Of a stretch of DNA of 64,000 bases, positions 48,255-58,033 are shown in pieces. The DNA comes from Promethearchaeota archaeon (GTDB lineage: Archaea > Asgardarchaeota > Lokiarchaeia > Sigyniarchaeales > SOKP01): positions 4,027 to 68,026 of the forward strand of contig JAEOTP010000016.1 of NCBI GenBank assembly GCA_016839765.1. The letters run 5' to 3'. The notes under the pieces are model-generated. The model did not search any database, was not told the origin of the DNA, and saw nothing but the letters and a program-made list of their open reading frames with translations. Made by a program: the position numbers and the translations under genes. The first letter of the stretch is position 1, and every line of letters starts with the position of its first letter.

Positions 48255-49592
48255 ATGACTGAATTTGAAGATATAAGAGATACTGAAAGTAGTAAAAAAA
48301 AATATTTGATTTTTGCCTCACCTAGATTTGGAGTAAATATTACTGCAACTATAGTAGATTTTGCTTTACTCACTCTTTATAGTATTGGCTTTAACTTACC
48401 AGCTTGGCAAGTTTTATTGGCTACTGCTATAGGAAAGTTGAGTATTGCTGCTTCTCAATTTCTTTTAGGTTGGATAAGTGATGCTAAATATACTCGATGG
48501 GGAAGGAGAAAACCATATATACTAGTTTTTAGTCCACTTTTCGGTATTTCATTCATATTTCTACTATTACCCAACTTATTCATTGATAGTTCTGATTTAA
48601 TCAGTTTGTTTATATGGTTTTTAATATGGAACATAGCTTATCAAGTTAGTTATGGAGTAACATCACCTTACGAATCATGGGTGGCTGAACAATTCAATTT
48701 ATCAGAGCGGCCGACGGTCTCTCAGTATATGAACATTTTTAACTACATTGGGGTGGGTATTGCAACTGTTTTTACCTTTACTCTCTTAAAGTCTTTTAAG
48801 GATCAAATTGAATCTAATCCTGATATTGTTCCCACCGAATTCTTAATCACAATTTTATCTTTTGGTGCGATTTTGATAATCCTCTTTTACCTCATCGTCT
48901 TTTTCTTCCCAACTGAACCACATTATGAAATTAAATCATCATTAATGGAAAATTTAAAAGAGATAGTAAAAAATAAAAATTATATAATGGTAAACTTAAT
49001 GCAAGGGATAGCTAGTATTGGAATTGCCATTGTTGCTCCTACTATCCTGGCATTTATAGAGGCAATCTTAGATTTTGATACAACGGAATATATAATTGGC
49101 GCTGCAGTTTTAGTCTTAAGTATTTTGATTTTTCTTTACATATGGAAAAAACAGATAGAAAAGAGAGGTAAGAAAAAAACCCTCTTGATTATTTTTCTTT
49201 GTGCTGCTGTAATTTTGCCTTTTTCGTTAGTAGGCCTTATTCCAATGCAAAATACTTTAATATATGGCATATTATTCTTAATTGGGATCGCACTCTCTCT
49301 TGGTGGCTGGTATCTTTTTCCTTATATTATGTATGCTGATTTAGCAGAAGATAGTGAAAAAAAAACCGGTGAATTAAAAGCAGGAATATATAAAGGATTC
49401 TCAAGTATTTTATTAAATATTTTTCAAGCATTAGGTTTAGGACTTTCAGCAGGAATAACTTATCTAATAGGTGATGACTTATTTTATGTATGGTGGGGTC
49501 CTCTTGTCGCTCTTATCCTACTATTTTCTTACTTTTTTACGAAAAAGTATATTACTCTAGACTTCGAATGGGAAGAAAAACAAAGAAAATAA
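48255..49592 (+). CDS. MFS transporter, GPH (Na+/melibiose symporter-like) family
   Basis: About 12 TM segments; GWISDAKYTRWGRRKPY and YADLAED...G..KAGIY. Confidence 0.88.
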   Translation: MTEFEDIRDTESSKKKYLIFASPRFGVNITATIVDFALLTLYSIGFNLPAWQVLLATAIGKLSIAASQFLLGWISDAKYTRWGRRKPYILVFSPLFGISFIFLLLPNLFIDSSDLISLFIWFLIWNIAYQVSYGVTSPYESWVAEQFNLSERPTVSQYMNIFNYIGVGIATVFTFTLLKSFKDQIESNPDIVPTEFLITILSFGAILIILFYLIVFFFPTEPHYEIKSSLMENLKEIVKNKNYIMVNLMQGIASIGIAIVAPTILAFIEAILDFDTTEYIIGAAVLVLSILIFLYIWKKQIEKRGKKKTLLIIFLCAAVILPFSLVGLIPMQNTLIYGILFLIGIALSLGGWYLFPYIMYADLAEDSEKKTGELKAGIYKGFSSILLNIFQALGLGLSAGITYLIGDDLFYVWWGPLVALILLFSYFFTKKYITLDFEWEEKQRK

Positions 49593-49685
49593 TAAATCTT
49601 TTTTTTTAATTTTTATTTAAGTTAATGATATCTTCTATCTTTAAGCTCTTTGAAACAGCTATTAGATAAAAAATAAGATGATCAA

Positions 49686-51266
49686 TTAAATTTTAACGGT
49701 GATTTTTGTCGGTTTTTGTTTTTTTCTAGTATAAATGATATTTTCGATTTTTTTATCAGATTTTTTAGGTATGAATATTGTATCGGGTATTCCGTGTTCC
49801 ATAAATTCTTTTAATTCATCAGAAATTATCGATTTACTCATTCCCATTGAATGAAGCATATCATTTCCGCTTTTAATCACAGTTTTAGCAAAGCGTGGTA
49901 TATTTCGGCCCATCCAATTAAATTTACCAAAAGGATTAGTATATCTTTTTATGAGCATTTGAAGCCAACCCTTACTAAGATAATATGCAGAATATGCTTC
50001 GCCTACTAAGTTATACATTTCATTAGTTGTTAATTGTTCTGTACGCATCATTGGATGAAATAAATCATAATACCTATAATCCTTAGTTGTAACCATTTTT
50101 TTTTCCGACATTTCATTGTAGAACTCCGTTCCTGGAAATGCTGTAATGGGAGTAAATTGAATACAGGTTAGATTAAGGGATCTTGCAAATTGAATATTTT
50201 GTCTTACCATCGTTTTAGTTTCACCTGGAAATCCAATAATAACACCTCCAAATATTGAAATTCCCTGGTCTTGAAGCATAGATACAACATTTTTAATCAT
50301 TTCAGGAGTAGTATTTTGTTTATTCATCGCATCAAGGCTTTGTTGGTGAACTGATTCAATCCCTAGAAAAACTTGTCTCATGCCCGCCTTAGCCATTAAA
50401 TCAACTAACCAAGGATTTCGATATAATGAATCAACTCGGGACTGGCAGGAAAAAAACATTTTATTTGGGACTCCCGAACGAATCATAGTTTCGAGTATTT
50501 TTTTTGTCCGTTTTATTTTAATAGTAAAATTATCTTCACAGAAAAAGATAAAATCGTTTTTCCAATTAATATCATAAATTTCTCGCATGATTCTTTTAGT
50601 TGATTTTGTTCTATAAGTTACAGATTTATTTGAATTCCTCCACATTTTAATAATGCAACAGAATTTACAATTATGAGGACAACCACGTGAAGTTTCAAGT
50701 TGAGCTACTCTTGCACCTAAATAAATATATTTTGCATCATCTAATAAATCTCTTCGAGGCATTGGAAAGTTATCTAAATTACTTTCTAATTGACGCTCTT
50801 TATTATGTTTTACTATTCCATCTTTATCCTTATATGATAAACCATCAATTTGATTTAATAAAATATTATTTCGATTACCGTCAAGATAATCAATTACTTC
50901 TTTAAAAGTATGTTCTCCCTCACCCCGAATGGTGAAATCTACGTCCTTATGCCGTGCTACAAATTTGGGTGCCAAAGTAGGATGATATCCGCCTAATATT
51001 GTATGACAACCTTGTTCTTTAGCCATTTGTGCGACCTCAAATGCGTGATATATTTGAGGTGTCATACTTGTAATAGCTACTACATCATATCGGTTTAAAT
51101 CACTGCGAAATCTCTTTTCATGATATTTATCCACTTTAAAATCAAATAATTTTGCATCATGTTCAGGAACCATTGCAGCGATGGAAATAAGGCTTAAAGG
51201 TGCACCCTTAATAATAGCATCCAACCCTGATTCCAATCGAGCAGGATTAACGTAAAGAATTTTCAT
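49686..51266 (-). CDS. Cobalamin-binding radical SAM protein
   Basis: ILGGYHPT, IRGEGE, ETSRGCPHNCKFC, GIES and GFPGET. Confidence 0.92.
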   Translation of the reverse strand: MKILYVNPARLESGLDAIIKGAPLSLISIAAMVPEHDAKLFDFKVDKYHEKRFRSDLNRYDVVAITSMTPQIYHAFEVAQMAKEQGCHTILGGYHPTLAPKFVARHKDVDFTIRGEGEHTFKEVIDYLDGNRNNILLNQIDGLSYKDKDGIVKHNKERQLESNLDNFPMPRRDLLDDAKYIYLGARVAQLETSRGCPHNCKFCCIIKMWRNSNKSVTYRTKSTKRIMREIYDINWKNDFIFFCEDNFTIKIKRTKKILETMIRSGVPNKMFFSCQSRVDSLYRNPWLVDLMAKAGMRQVFLGIESVHQQSLDAMNKQNTTPEMIKNVVSMLQDQGISIFGGVIIGFPGETKTMVRQNIQFARSLNLTCIQFTPITAFPGTEFYNEMSEKKMVTTKDYRYYDLFHPMMRTEQLTTNEMYNLVGEAYSAYYLSKGWLQMLIKRYTNPFGKFNWMGRNIPRFAKTVIKSGNDMLHSMGMSKSIISDELKEFMEHGIPDTIFIPKKSDKKIENIIYTRKKQKPTKITVKI

Positions 51267-51565
51267 TTTTTTTTAACTTTTTATGTTGTTATTTTTTGTT
51301 AAATTAACTCTTTTCACTCATTAGGAGAAAATTTAAAACATAAAATTAATTAATTACTATTATAAAATAAATGATCCTTAAAATAATTGTTGAATCTACA
51401 TAATTGTTGTTGATTCTATATAGAAGTTTTGTGACAAAACGTCTTAATACTACTTTTTTGAGCTTCTATCAATATCCTACTGTAAAGTATTTCAAATTAA
51501 TTTTATAGACAAAAATATAAAAATCAAATTGACTTACTTTCTTGTAAACTTTGTGAGATGATGAT

Positions 51566-51997
51566 ATACCTAATATAGAAAGAAAAATTGATGTTAATGC
51601 TCCACCTAACATAATTTATGATTGTTTGACAGATATCTCCCTAATTCCTAAATGGAATTCTACCGTAAAAGAAATCACTCAAACTGGACCAAATGAAGGA
51701 TCTATCAAATCAACTAGTGGAGATTATACGTTTACTATTATAGAACGAAAAGAAAATGAAATCCTCACAAGTACAGCAGAAAGCGAGTATTTTACCTCAT
51801 ATGGATATGTTTTAAAGGCGAAGGGTGACTTGACAGAAGTATCTGCATGGATTAATTATAAAATCGTAGAACATGAAGAAATATTAGGAAGAAGTATACT
51901 ATTCATTTTAAATGACTTAAAGGAGTTTGCTGAATACCTTGAAGATGGTGGAGATCCAGATGAATATGATAAAAAGAAAATATTAGTAAGCCATTAA
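51566..51997 (+). CDS. SRPBCC/START-like protein; start extended to ATA 51566 (143 aa)
   Basis: The frame is open from 51557. IPNIERKIDVNAPPNIIYDCLTD....PKWN is the canonical SRPBCC N-terminus, which the ORF-track TTG start at 51626 would truncate. Confidence 0.75.
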   Translation: MPNIERKIDVNAPPNIIYDCLTDISLIPKWNSTVKEITQTGPNEGSIKSTSGDYTFTIIERKENEILTSTAESEYFTSYGYVLKAKGDLTEVSAWINYKIVEHEEILGRSILFILNDLKEFAEYLEDGGDPDEYDKKKILVSH

Positions 51998-52007
51998 TTT
52001 CGCCCTC

Positions 52008-52445
52008 TTGTTTGAAAATTATATTAACAAATATATTTATTTGCACTTTTCTTATCTAGATATATTGAGATATCATCCAGAAACCGTCGAGAAATTTTTA
52101 TTTAGTTTGCAAAATACAAATTCAGCAATTAAGGGAGTCATTTTGCTTTCTGTCGAAGGTTTACCAATTGCATCTACTCTATCTAAAAATATTAATAAAA
52201 GTCAGTTATCTGCTCTTTCTGCTACAATATTAGCAGTAGGAAAGAAAGGAAATACTGAAATGGCTAATGGAGAATTCAATCATTTATATATTAAAGGATC
52301 TAAAGGGGGTGTTTTGGTTTTTCAATTAAGTAAATTTGAGGTAATTGTCGTACTTACGAAAGAAAATGTTAACCTAAAAACGCTCCTAAAAAGTGTAAGT
52401 AACTTTCAATATGAGGGGCATACTTTATTTCGTCTTGAACATTAA
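52008..52445 (+). CDS. Roadblock/LC7 (MglB-like) domain protein
   Basis: IKGVILLSVEGLPIAS, LSALSATIL and GEFNHLYIKGSKG. The true start may be downstream of 52008. Confidence 0.85.
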   Translation: MFENYINKYIYLHFSYLDILRYHPETVEKFLFSLQNTNSAIKGVILLSVEGLPIASTLSKNINKSQLSALSATILAVGKKGNTEMANGEFNHLYIKGSKGGVLVFQLSKFEVIVVLTKENVNLKTLLKSVSNFQYEGHTLFRLEH

Positions 52446-52545
52446 GATAGAGGGAGTAAATTTAAAATTAAAAAAAAACATAACAAAATTCAAAATTAAA
52501 AAAAAATAATGAATTAAATTTAAGATATTTTGTTTCCTATTTACT

Positions 52546-52755
52546 TTAGAAGTATTTAATGGCTAAAAGGATGTCGTCTCGAGTTACTTTCTTTCTTTTT
52601 GAATGCTTTGTTAAACTCAAGGCAGATTTAGTTATTTTTTCAGCTGCCATACCCATCCAATCAACTAGTTCATCCACTGCGTCACGGGCAACAATTATTG
52701 CGCCATTATGTTTCATTAATCTTCTAATAGGACTCCAACTAATATATTCAGACAT
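52546..52755 (-). CDS. Archaeal histone (HMf/HMt family)
   Basis: SPIRRLMK..GA..VA.DAV ... A...TKHSKRKKVTRDDI histone-fold signature, 69 aa. Confidence 0.92.
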   Translation of the reverse strand: MSEYISWSPIRRLMKHNGAIIVARDAVDELVDWMGMAAEKITKSALSLTKHSKRKKVTRDDILLAIKYF

Positions 52756-53194
52756 TTTCTATTCCTCCACTTTTTTATTATTATATTGATATTTTTATTG
52801 ATTTTTGTTATTATTTAATGGTTAGTTAAATAGTAATATATCTTCTATATATTTAAAGATTTTGATGCATACATGATTTTATGAGGAATAAAATGAAAAA
52901 AATATCACGACAAAATTCAGAAATGGTAAAAAGATCAATCTCGTAAAAGTTAGATTTTTTTTATGGAAATTAGAGTTTCGTTAAATATTAAAATTATAAG
53001 ATATAGTAAGATGTCTATTTTCTTCCTCTTTCACTAAACCATGTTTATCTTAAGAAAGATAAAAAATTTGATCAAATTCTGAGATGCTCAATTAAGAATT
53101 TTTGTGTTTTCAATAAGTTAGTAAGTTTCAATTTATATGGAAAAATTGAGGCGAATTAATCAAGTTAATTAAGATTATCCATGAGTTTTAGGAT

Positions 53195-53560
53195 TTGATT
53201 GATATGAGGAAAGAAATCAAAAAAGATTTTATTAATCTCGATTTTTATGAAGGTTTAAGGGCTTATTTTAGCAGCGCTTATACATTTGATCAATGGGGAT
53301 CGACTTGGCAATACGATCAATTGCTTTTTGTTGATGGATATGTAATTTCATCCGATTTATATTATGATTGGACTTTCAATGACAAATTAATAACTCGTGT
53401 ATTATAGGTTGCTCACTGGGATGATGTTCCTGATAGAATTTATCAGTATCTCCTAGAATTGGAGGTGTCTGGAGTAATATCCTACGGAAATTTCTTTTTA
53501 GTGTTTGCAGGGATTACAATTATCTCATTAATTTATGTCTATAAAAAGAAAGAGGTTTAA
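53195..53560 (+). pseudogene. C-terminal remnant of a Loki-CTERM-anchored surface protein with in-frame TAG at 53405
   Basis: The frame continues past TAG as VAHWDD...SGVISYGNFFLVFAGITIISLIYVYKKKEV to TAA 53558. No signal peptide or intact N-terminus is present. Confidence 0.6.
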
Positions 53561-53641
53561 AGTTAAATTAATTCTCTTTCTTAAATTTTTTTTTCGTAAG
53601 CTCTGAAGATAAGATTATAAAAATAACAAATTCTTAAAAAA

Positions 53642-54634
53642 CTAAGACCATATTATTTTTTCATATTTGCATTTAGTACATTCTACGGATTCCCCTTTTT
53701 TTGGAAAAAAAGGTAAGACGGTTCCACAATAATTGCATTCTAAATCATAAATTTGGTCTAAAGTTTCTATTATATTTTCAATTACTAATCGATTTGAGAA
53801 TTCAGTTACGAAATTTGTTAAAATAGAAATAATTATATGAGGATTTTGGGAAGCTACCAACACCTCGATCTTATTAGATTTAAGTTGTCCAATTACTAAT
53901 AGATCAGCCCCTGAAACTAACTCTGTTCCGAAATACCAAGCAATTCTTTTCTCATTATCTTTAATAATTAGTTGAAAGTTGTGATCTTCAATTGTTTGGT
54001 TAAGTTGATAAAATAAATAATCGAAATCATGAATGTTTTCGATACCAATTCCAAAACTCTTAATGCCCCGCTTTATATCTGTTAATTGAAGAAAGCTCCG
54101 TACTTCAGAGCTAGGTAAAATTTTTCTTTCGACAGAGATTGGATCAAATTTTATTGTAACGGGGTCTGAGTCAAGAGCTCGTACAAAATCTGCATTATTT
54201 ATGAAAGTAACGTATGATCTAATTTCGCCATTTTCTTCTAATAACAATGGAGTAAAAAAATTATTTATTTGCTTTTGGGAATTTTCATCTAATTTTTCAA
54301 ACTCAATTCGAATCTGCTTTTCATTTTCTTCAATTAAATCAGAATCTATAATAACCTTTGGTGGGTTACTCCTATTTAGTTGTAAAAAGTCGGGATATCT
54401 TATTCTAATTTTAATTTCTGTAATAGGAGCCATACTTTGGTTGATAATAAGGAGTGAATAAAGGTAATTTCCTCCAAAAGGTTCTAGCTTACATACTAAT
54501 TTTATCTTATTCTCTTGATCTATATATTCTAATGATACTACTTCTTGTTTTTGAGTTTGTTGTGATTTAACATCTCTAAATACGACTAATCCTTGAATGT
54601 CTTTTGGATTGTTATCATCAGGGTTATTTTTCAT
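53642..54634 (-). CDS. Hypothetical: Ig-like sandwich + alpha/beta platform + C-terminal zinc ribbon (adaptin-appendage-like architecture)
   Basis: Beta-rich LYSLLIINQS.APITEIKIRI...QKQINNFFTP, then a KSFG...AWYFGT platform and CNYCG...CTKC. Confidence 0.55.
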   Translation of the reverse strand: MKNNPDDNNPKDIQGLVVFRDVKSQQTQKQEVVSLEYIDQENKIKLVCKLEPFGGNYLYSLLIINQSMAPITEIKIRIRYPDFLQLNRSNPPKVIIDSDLIEENEKQIRIEFEKLDENSQKQINNFFTPLLLEENGEIRSYVTFINNADFVRALDSDPVTIKFDPISVERKILPSSEVRSFLQLTDIKRGIKSFGIGIENIHDFDYLFYQLNQTIEDHNFQLIIKDNEKRIAWYFGTELVSGADLLVIGQLKSNKIEVLVASQNPHIIISILTNFVTEFSNRLVIENIIETLDQIYDLECNYCGTVLPFFPKKGESVECTKCKYEKIIWS

Positions 54635-54760
54635 GGCACTATTAGTATATAACCGACATAAAGAATTTCTATCGTTATTATTAAAAAAGAATATTCTTCC
54701 TTTTATTTTTTTTGACCTTATATTTTTTTTATATATGGATTCTAAATATATATAAAGGTT

Positions 54761-55456
54761 ATGAAAGATTTTGAAGAATTAGATCCTCTCTTTGAGAGCA
54801 AAACAATTAAACCTTCTTTCGATTATGTTCATGTTATTTTAGCTATATTATTATTTGGAGATAACCCTGAAGGTTTGGGAAGATATCGTCTAAAAGAAGA
54901 ATTAATAATAGGAGGAGGTACAGCAAAATCTCTTGTTAAAAAATTAAAGGAAGAGGGCGGTTTTATAGAAGTTCATGTTAAGAATAGTAATAATAAGCAA
55001 CAAATAAAGTCAAAAGGACATGTGTTGACTGAAAGGGGTCTACAGATTCTAATGAAAATTAAAAATAAAATCCCCTTATTAGATGAAGGAGATGTTTCTA
55101 GTTTAAAAAATTTCATAATCAATTCTGAGATTTCAAAATTATATTATTGTTTGGTTAGAGGTGCTGCTGATCGTTTAAAAAGTGGTGTTGAACAAAGAGA
55201 TGCCGCAATTAGATTAGGGGGATTAGGAGCTACTTGCCTTATTTATAATGGAAATGAATTATTATTTCCCTCGTTTTCCTCAGGACAGGAAAATTATGGA
55301 GTAAAAATAAACGATAAAGTTCAATTATACTTCAAAACAAAATTAGTTAATGTAAATATATCTTTTGAAAGAGGAGATGTTATTATTATAGGATCTGGTG
55401 TTAATATAAGAAAAGCAAGGTTAGCGGCTTTGAATGCTGCACTAACTTTATTATAA
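54761..55456 (+). CDS. DUF4443/DUF2111-like winged-helix protein
   Basis: GLGRYRLKEEL.IG.GTAKSL, GH.LTE.G, SGVEQRDAAI..GG.GATCL and GDVIIIG. Confidence 0.7.
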   Translation: MKDFEELDPLFESKTIKPSFDYVHVILAILLFGDNPEGLGRYRLKEELIIGGGTAKSLVKKLKEEGGFIEVHVKNSNNKQQIKSKGHVLTERGLQILMKIKNKIPLLDEGDVSSLKNFIINSEISKLYYCLVRGAADRLKSGVEQRDAAIRLGGLGATCLIYNGNELLFPSFSSGQENYGVKINDKVQLYFKTKLVNVNISFERGDVIIIGSGVNIRKARLAALNAALTLL

Positions 55457-55461
55457 AGAGG

Positions 55462-55971
55462 GTGCTATATATTAGAAACTTAAAATTTGAGAAAGATATA
55501 AAACTTTTCATCAATCAAGATATTTATAAAAAGATAGAACAATGTGTTGATAAAGCTTATCCTAACGAGGCATGTGGTCTAATTTATGGAAAAATTGAAG
55601 AAATCAAGAAAATCAATTTCGAAAATGATTATTCTTATTATTATTATACTAAAAAATTTGAGTGTATAGAATCCTCATTTGAAAGTCCTGTAGCTTTTCT
55701 AATGGATGATTATCTCAAATTAAAAGAAATATCTGAAAAATTTTTAAAAAACTTCAATTTACAATTAATAAGTATCTTTCATTCTCATCCAGGTGGAGCT
55801 TATCCAAGTGGCGTTGATATACCATATATGAGAAGTTACTATGAAGGTAAAATTATAAAATTTAAACATATTATTTGGACAATAATGGATGCTCAAAACA
55901 AAGTATTAAATGGTTTTATCTATATTTTTGATGAACTTAGACAAATTAATATAGATTTTCTTAAGAAGTAG
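55462..55971 (+). CDS. JAB/MPN (JAMM, M67) metalloprotease
   Basis: PNEACGLI and FHSHPGGAYPSGVD (intact E...HxH...S..D). Confidence 0.88.
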   Translation: MLYIRNLKFEKDIKLFINQDIYKKIEQCVDKAYPNEACGLIYGKIEEIKKINFENDYSYYYYTKKFECIESSFESPVAFLMDDYLKLKEISEKFLKNFNLQLISIFHSHPGGAYPSGVDIPYMRSYYEGKIIKFKHIIWTIMDAQNKVLNGFIYIFDELRQINIDFLKK

Positions 55972-55985
55972 TTATTTAAAAAAAA

Positions 55986-56627
55986 TCATTGAATTTGTTT
56001 ATAACCATCTTTAGTAATAATACATAATTGAATTTTAAATCCAGATGCAGCGTCTCTTTCACGAGAGCTAGAAATAGCTGTTTTCACTAATTCAATTCCT
56101 ACATTTGAAGTCATACCAGGCTTCCAATCAGCTTCTAATACACCTAAGGAGAAAGGTCCTCCAGACCCAAAAGCTATAAAATTTTCTTCTTCATAAAGGG
56201 TGCCTAACAAGTCAACTCCATAAAGTTTACCCTTCTTCTCTTTTACTGAGTAACCCCCAATTATCATCATAGCGAGATAATATGATCTGCCACTGAATAA
56301 AATGTTTCTTGTAACGCTAGCAATATGCTTAGGCTCAGGAACTTTTTCCTCTTCAACTTCTTTTAATTTAGATAATGCTGTGAGTTGATTAACTATATAC
56401 TGGCAATCCGCTACCCCTCCAGAAATAGTTGCACATGTATAATCATTTATCTTAAAAAGTTTCTGAGCTTGTTTTGTAGCAACAGTATATCCTGCAGTAG
56501 CTTGAGATTCCGTTCCTACTACGATACCATCCTTTACGATTATTCCAACCGTTGTAGTACTTGATTTAATGATTTTTTCTAAAGAATTTTTATCTAAATT
56601 TAATTTTTTTGCAATATTTTCCATCAT
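55986..56627 (-). CDS. psmB: Proteasome beta subunit
   Basis: Propeptide followed by TTTVGI, ESQATAG, K.FKI, SGGVADCQ and GSG. Confidence 0.95.
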   Translation of the reverse strand: MMENIAKKLNLDKNSLEKIIKSSTTTVGIIVKDGIVVGTESQATAGYTVATKQAQKLFKINDYTCATISGGVADCQYIVNQLTALSKLKEVEEEKVPEPKHIASVTRNILFSGRSYYLAMMIIGGYSVKEKKGKLYGVDLLGTLYEEENFIAFGSGGPFSLGVLEADWKPGMTSNVGIELVKTAISSSRERDAASGFKIQLCIITKDGYKQIQ

Positions 56628-56791
56628 TTTTCTATTATACTTTAAATTACTTTTCTGATAAACTAATTGTTATAATGAATAAATTAATTTTTAGTATATT
56701 TATTTTACTTTTACAGATTATAAACATTTAAATACAAAAATTTTAAAGAAATCATTACCTTTACTACTTACTAATTTAATGATGGTATGTC

Positions 56792-57169
56792 ATGGCTCGT
56801 TCTCAAGCAAGATCAAAAAGAAAATACACAGGAAAAAAATATAAACACTTTAGAAAGAAGAGAAAAAGAGAATTAGAACGCCCTCCCATAGAAACCAGAG
56901 TAGGAGAAGAAAAGAAGAAAAAGCAGAGAGTATTGGGAGGAAATCAAAAGCTTAAATTATTTTCATCTCTATACTTGAATGTTACAGATCCTAATAGCAA
57001 TCAAACTTCCAAGGTGAGAATTTTAAGATTTGATAGTAATGACGCTTCTAAGGATTATAACCGAAGACACATTTTAACTAAAGGTGCGATTGTTGAAACA
57101 GAGCTAGGAAAAGCAAAAGTAACATCTAGACCCGGACAGCACGGAGTTTTAAATGGTGTTTTAATCTAA
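56792..57169 (+). CDS. rps8e: 30S ribosomal protein S8e
   Basis: RSKRK.TG.KY..FRKKRKRELERP, RVLGGN.K, ILTKGAIVETELG.A.VTSRPGQHG.LNG. Confidence 0.97.
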   Translation: MARSQARSKRKYTGKKYKHFRKKRKRELERPPIETRVGEEKKKKQRVLGGNQKLKLFSSLYLNVTDPNSNQTSKVRILRFDSNDASKDYNRRHILTKGAIVETELGKAKVTSRPGQHGVLNGVLI

Positions 57170-57541
57170 TTATTCTTGAATCTTTATATTTTTAACATTT
57201 GCTTTCTTACCTTCAACTATTTCTGTGTTTTTACTCTCACAAAACTTACATTGAAATAATTGAAGTCCAGTTAATTGAGCTTCTTCACTTAAAGTTACTG
57301 TTGATACTTTTCCACATTCCCTACATTTTATTTTACCAGGTACGATCTCAATTTTTAATTCTGCTCCCTCTGCAATTGAGCCAGAAGTTGCCATCTTAAA
57401 TGATTGGCGTAGAAGTTGGGGAACAATTAAAGTTAATTCACCAACTTCTAAATATACTTCAGTAATTTTTTGAGCATTATATTTTAGAGCAGTAGCTTCT
57501 GCTATTTTAAAAATATCATAGGCAAAGGCAAATTCATGCAT
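57170..57541 (-). CDS. hypA: Hydrogenase maturation nickel metallochaperone HypA
   Basis: MHE N-terminus, VGELT, CRECG ... CKFC and EIVEG. Confidence 0.93.
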   Translation of the reverse strand: MHEFAFAYDIFKIAEATALKYNAQKITEVYLEVGELTLIVPQLLRQSFKMATSGSIAEGAELKIEIVPGKIKCRECGKVSTVTLSEEAQLTGLQLFQCKFCESKNTEIVEGKKANVKNIKIQE

Positions 57542-57550
57542 AATAACGAT

Positions 57551-57847
57551 TTATCTCTTGGATTGTGTCTTTTTTAATTCCTTTGCTAATTCAATTAATA
57601 CTTTAGATTTTTTCTTTCCTTTAGTATCTACTAAGATTCTTCCTGGTTCATCCCACCAAGTTCTCGAATATTTATAATTCTTTTCATGTTGAACATTATA
57701 CCCTAAACGCTTAGCAGCATTGTAAAGATCATTTGAATGTATTTTTTCTACGGCAAATTTTCTAGGAATACGCCTACCCTCTGCTCTACTCCTCTTTAAA
57801 TCAAAATATTGAGGCCAGAAGATAATAAAAGGTTTCCGAGAGCGCAT
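57551..57847 (-). CDS. srp19: Signal recognition particle subunit SRP19
   Basis: IFWPQYFD..RSR.EGRRIP, Y.R.WW..PGR and KSKVL..LA. Confidence 0.93.
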   Translation of the reverse strand: MRSRKPFIIFWPQYFDLKRSRAEGRRIPRKFAVEKIHSNDLYNAAKRLGYNVQHEKNYKYSRTWWDEPGRILVDTKGKKKSKVLIELAKELKKTQSKR

Positions 57848-58033
57848 GAAATTATCAAGGTTTTCTATTTTTAAAAATTATAAGTTTAAAAACCCTCTAA
57901 AGAATTTAAAAATTATTAGTACATTGTATAAGGATAATTAAAAATAAATAGAATTTAAGATTTTTAAGTATACAAAACTAAGATAACGCTATTCCAAGTT
58001 CTAAACTCTGAAACTGACATCCCTTTTTTGAAT

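Noticed and set aside
53405-53407. TAG as pyrrolysine, or as part of another BHB intron
   Set aside because: There are no pyl genes in the window, the product would lack an N-terminus, and only a 5-bp hairpin without BHB geometry is nearby.
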